DNA of 64,000 nt from Macrostomum lignano (Eukaryota): the NCBI GenBank assembly GCA_002269645.1, contig NIVC01000866.1:262441-326440 (forward strand), in the 5' to 3' direction. Shown in pieces: positions 60,991 to 64,000 of the stretch. Numbering within the stretch: position 1 is the stretch's first letter; each line of letters starts with the position of its first letter. The notes under the pieces were generated by a model. That model made no database searches, had not been told where the DNA came from, and was given only the letters and a program-made list of their open reading frames with translations. The position numbers and the translations under genes were made by a program.

Positions 60991-62878
60991 TCAGTCCTCG
61001 AAGATCCGCGACCCCCGCCGCGATTCCCGGTCACCGTCTGCCAGCACCGAGCCACGGCGTCTCTGCCTGGCCTTCGGCTCCGGCGTCAGCTCCAGGGCTT
61101 CGCTGGCAGCGGCGGCCGCGGCGGAGTCGCCGCCATGGATGCTGGAAAACTTCTTGATGACACTCTCCCAGTCGACAACGTCCTCGATTTTCGCGGGCCC
61201 GCCACGGTGCTCGGTCGCGTTCTCTTGACCTGCAGGTGCGAACATTTTCATTGTTCAATAATTGACATCGAGGCGGGAACTGCAGCTCTTGTGACAACAT
61301 CGAGCGACTTTACTAACGACACCAAGAAGCAGCATTCTTTGAGGACAGCAGTTATTGCTAAAGCATGTACGACATCCGCTCTTGCTGTACACCATGCTGC
61401 TGGGTCACTGCGCACAGACGGCTTAAAGCTACAGTTGTTGAAACATTGACCATCTAAGCTCTGCATTGAACATTGCAGTCAAACAGGCGGAATGAGAACA
61501 TAAAAAATGAACAAAACTTTGACTTCGTCCTCGTGACAACGGTTTTTCAGTATTTTTAGCACCCAATTCATAACATCTCACGTCCAAGCATTTGAGTTGT
61601 GCAAGCGAAGAGTTAGTCAGGTATAGTGGCGTCATTACAGAAGCAGCAATACAAAAATTAAATGGCGACAACACTTAGCAGTGTGTGCCCCCGGCTTGTC
61701 AAGCAGAAGCGGCTGATATCTCTGGTACAACAGAGCCGCCAACCCTTGTAGAAACCAAACTGCTTTGGCAAAGATAAAAGTGCAAACAAACCGGCTCGAT
61801 TCGAAGCCGTGGTGGACTGGGCGTTCTCAGCCTCTTCGGGTTCGTCTCGGACTGAATCTGATGAAGCATTATTGTTATTTAGCAATAACTGTGAGTGTCA
61901 GGGTGCTCTGCTCAGGCCAGTTCTGAGCGGCGCTTTTGACAAAAAACGGTGCATTTTGTGCTGAGTAAAAAGGTGTGTGTAAACCCCATTCTGTGACAAT
62001 TTCTGATCAACACTGGGACAGCTTATGTGTGCAATCAACACAAATTTACTTCTATAAGTGCTTCATAGATGTACTTTTTTGTGCCATGAACAGTTCTCAA
62101 GCATCTAATAATTACTCAGCCAGTACCTGTGATGTGGATTGTTAAACGGCCTGACCTGACTGCAGATTCCAAAGGATAAACAAAACGATGTTTTAGAAGT
62201 AAACAATTTATATTCAACAATCAAAAGGTGCTCAACACCTGTTTTTGGTGAGCTTCTAAGTTTAAAAGGAAATAAGGTAAGAATATAGGAGGGCCGTAGC
62301 CCAGTGGTCCAGCGCAGCTGCTCTGGTGTGCCAGCGGCCCAGGCTCGATTCCAAGTGCAGTCACATTAATTTGAAGGCTAAATTGGAATCTCGGCTTGGC
62401 TCTGCTCGTGCAATTAACGGCCTTGAGAGCCAACCCCCCAAGGCGCAGTGAAGTGTACATGCCTAACGATAAAATAAAGTTAGGGCCGCTGTACACTTCT
62501 GTGTGACTGTGTGCCTGCTCAGTAATGCCTATCACCGGTTGTGTGCCAATGTCGCTTTAAGTGCGACAGGGTGGGTGCACACAACCCGCTGCCTCTAACA
62601 CAAACTGACAAAAAAAATAAGAATCAATGATTCGCCCTCAATGCTGAACAGGCATTAAAACAAAAAAAACGGTTAAATTCTTTGGAAATTTAACTAGATT
62701 TTGAAATGATCTGAAGAAGCAAATGCGAGTCATTGACCCAAGTAGATTTAGATGGCGTAAGTGCGATTTTGTTCCTGTTATTCCAATCACTCACCTGACG
62801 ATTGCGCGTTTCTGTTCACGGCGCCCCGTGAATGCGTCACGTCGCCTCGACTTGCGTCCACATCGTCCTCCTCCAGAC
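60991..62878 (-). CDS. 3' exons of an unidentified gene (low-complexity C-terminus), continuing beyond the window
   Basis: Phase-1 exons 62878-62795, 61857-61792 and 61229-60991 (stop TGA) with canonical CAG/GT sites; joined translation GLEEDDVDASRGD..SSDSVRDEPEE..NRAGQENATEH..WESVIKKFSS..RIFED*. Confidence 0.7.
62291..62625 (+). mobile_element. tRNA-derived SINE
   Basis: Head GGGCCG-TAGCCCAGTGG (A box 62297-62307), B box GGCTCGATTCC (62342-62352), about 260-bp body, A-rich end near 62610-62625. Confidence 0.7.
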
Positions 62879-62944
62879 CTGTCGGGCGTTTAGGGTGGCA
62901 ACAGTCGGTTGAGGGTTCAATTATATAAGAATCACCCTGTAAAA

Positions 62945-64000
62945 TCGCTGAGATGTCAATGGGTAATTGCTGAGATGTCGAGGCTTACTGGGGGAATTGT
63001 TGAGATGTCTAGGCTCATGGAGAATATCTGAGATGTCTTAGGCTCATGGAGAATATCTGAGATGTCTAGGCTCATGGAGAAATCGCTGAGATGTCTAGGC
63101 TCATGGAGAAATTGCTGAGATGTCTAGGCTCATGGAGAAATCGCTGAGATGTCTAGGCTCATGGAGAATATCTGAGATGTCCAGGCTCATGGAGAAATCG
63201 CTGAGATGTCAAGGCTCATGGGGGAATATCTGAGATGTCCAGGCTCATGGAGAAATCGCTGAGATGTCAAGGCTCATGGGGGAATATCTGAGATGTCCAG
63301 GCTCATGGGGGAATATCTGAGATGTCTTAGGCTCATGGAGAATATCTGAGATGTCTAGGCTCATTGAGAAATCGCTGAGATGTCAAGGCTCATTGAGAAA
63401 TCGCTGAGATGTCAAGGCTCATGGAGAAATCGCTGAGATGTCTAGGCTCATGGAGAAATCGCTGAGATGTCTAGGCTCATGGAGAAATCGCTGAGATGTC
63501 TAGGCTCATGGAGAAATCGCTGAGATGTCTAGGCTCATGGAGAAATCGCTGAGATGTCTAGGCTCATGGAGAATATCTGAGATGTCCAGGCTCATGGAGA
63601 AATCGCTGAGATGTCAAGGCTCATGGGGGAATATCTGAGATGTCCAGGCTCATGGAGAAATCGCTGAGATGTCAAGGCTCATGGGGGAATATCTGAGATG
63701 TCCAGGCTCATGGGGGAATATCTGAGATGTCTTAGGCTCATGGAGAATATCTGAGATGTCTAGGCTCATTGAGAAATCGCTGAGATGTCAAGGCTCATTG
63801 AGAAATCGCTGAGATGTCAAGGCTCATGGAGAAATCGCTGAGATGTCTAGGCTCATGGAGAAATCGCTGAGATGTCTAGGCTCATGGAGAAATCGCTGAG
63901 ATGTCTAGGCTCATGGAGAAATCGCTGAGATGTCTAGGCTCATGGAGAAATCGCTGAGATGTCTAGGCTCATGGAGAAATCGCTGAGATGTCTAGGCTCA
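62945..64000. repeat. 29-bp minisatellite (GAGATGTCTAGGCTCATGGAGAAATCGCT), runs off the window end
   Basis: More than 35 units; intronic in the minus-strand gene. Confidence 0.97.

Overview
Repeat-rich eukaryotic (animal) genomic DNA. GC-rich exons separated by introns packed with many unrelated micro/minisatellites suggest a Macrostomum-like flatworm; this is inference from style, not a database match. Host genes: (1) an intronless single-pass membrane protein with PPxY motifs (3892-4629, -); (2) a multi-exon secreted protein with degenerate C-type-lectin-like and sushi-like modules (6857-17381, +); (3) an intronless BIR+RING IAP (17601-18347, -); (4) an intronless atypical class A GPCR (29473-30726, +); (5) a 3-exon UBE2K/E2-25K (45361-47280, +); (6) a 16-exon SPATA1 homolog (49913-59743, +); (7) the last three exons of an unidentified minus-strand gene (60991-62878). 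Mobile elements: a full-length Ty3/gypsy (Mag-like) element with identical 167-bp LTRs but a broken pol (24643-28903, -), inserted into a tRNA/CORE SINE whose Pol III A-box head has been amplified into a ~37-copy minisatellite; a degenerate Ingi/I-group LINE (~35108-39960, -) with a hydrophobic leader, a viral-type 2A ribosome-skipping motif, two PHD fingers, APE, RT and RNase H; and a second tRNA-derived SINE (~62291-62625). The most notable observations are the 2A/leader architecture of the LINE, the SINE-A-box minisatellite, and 17-bp inverted repeats bracketing the IAP gene. All exon models were built by hand from splice signals and phase.
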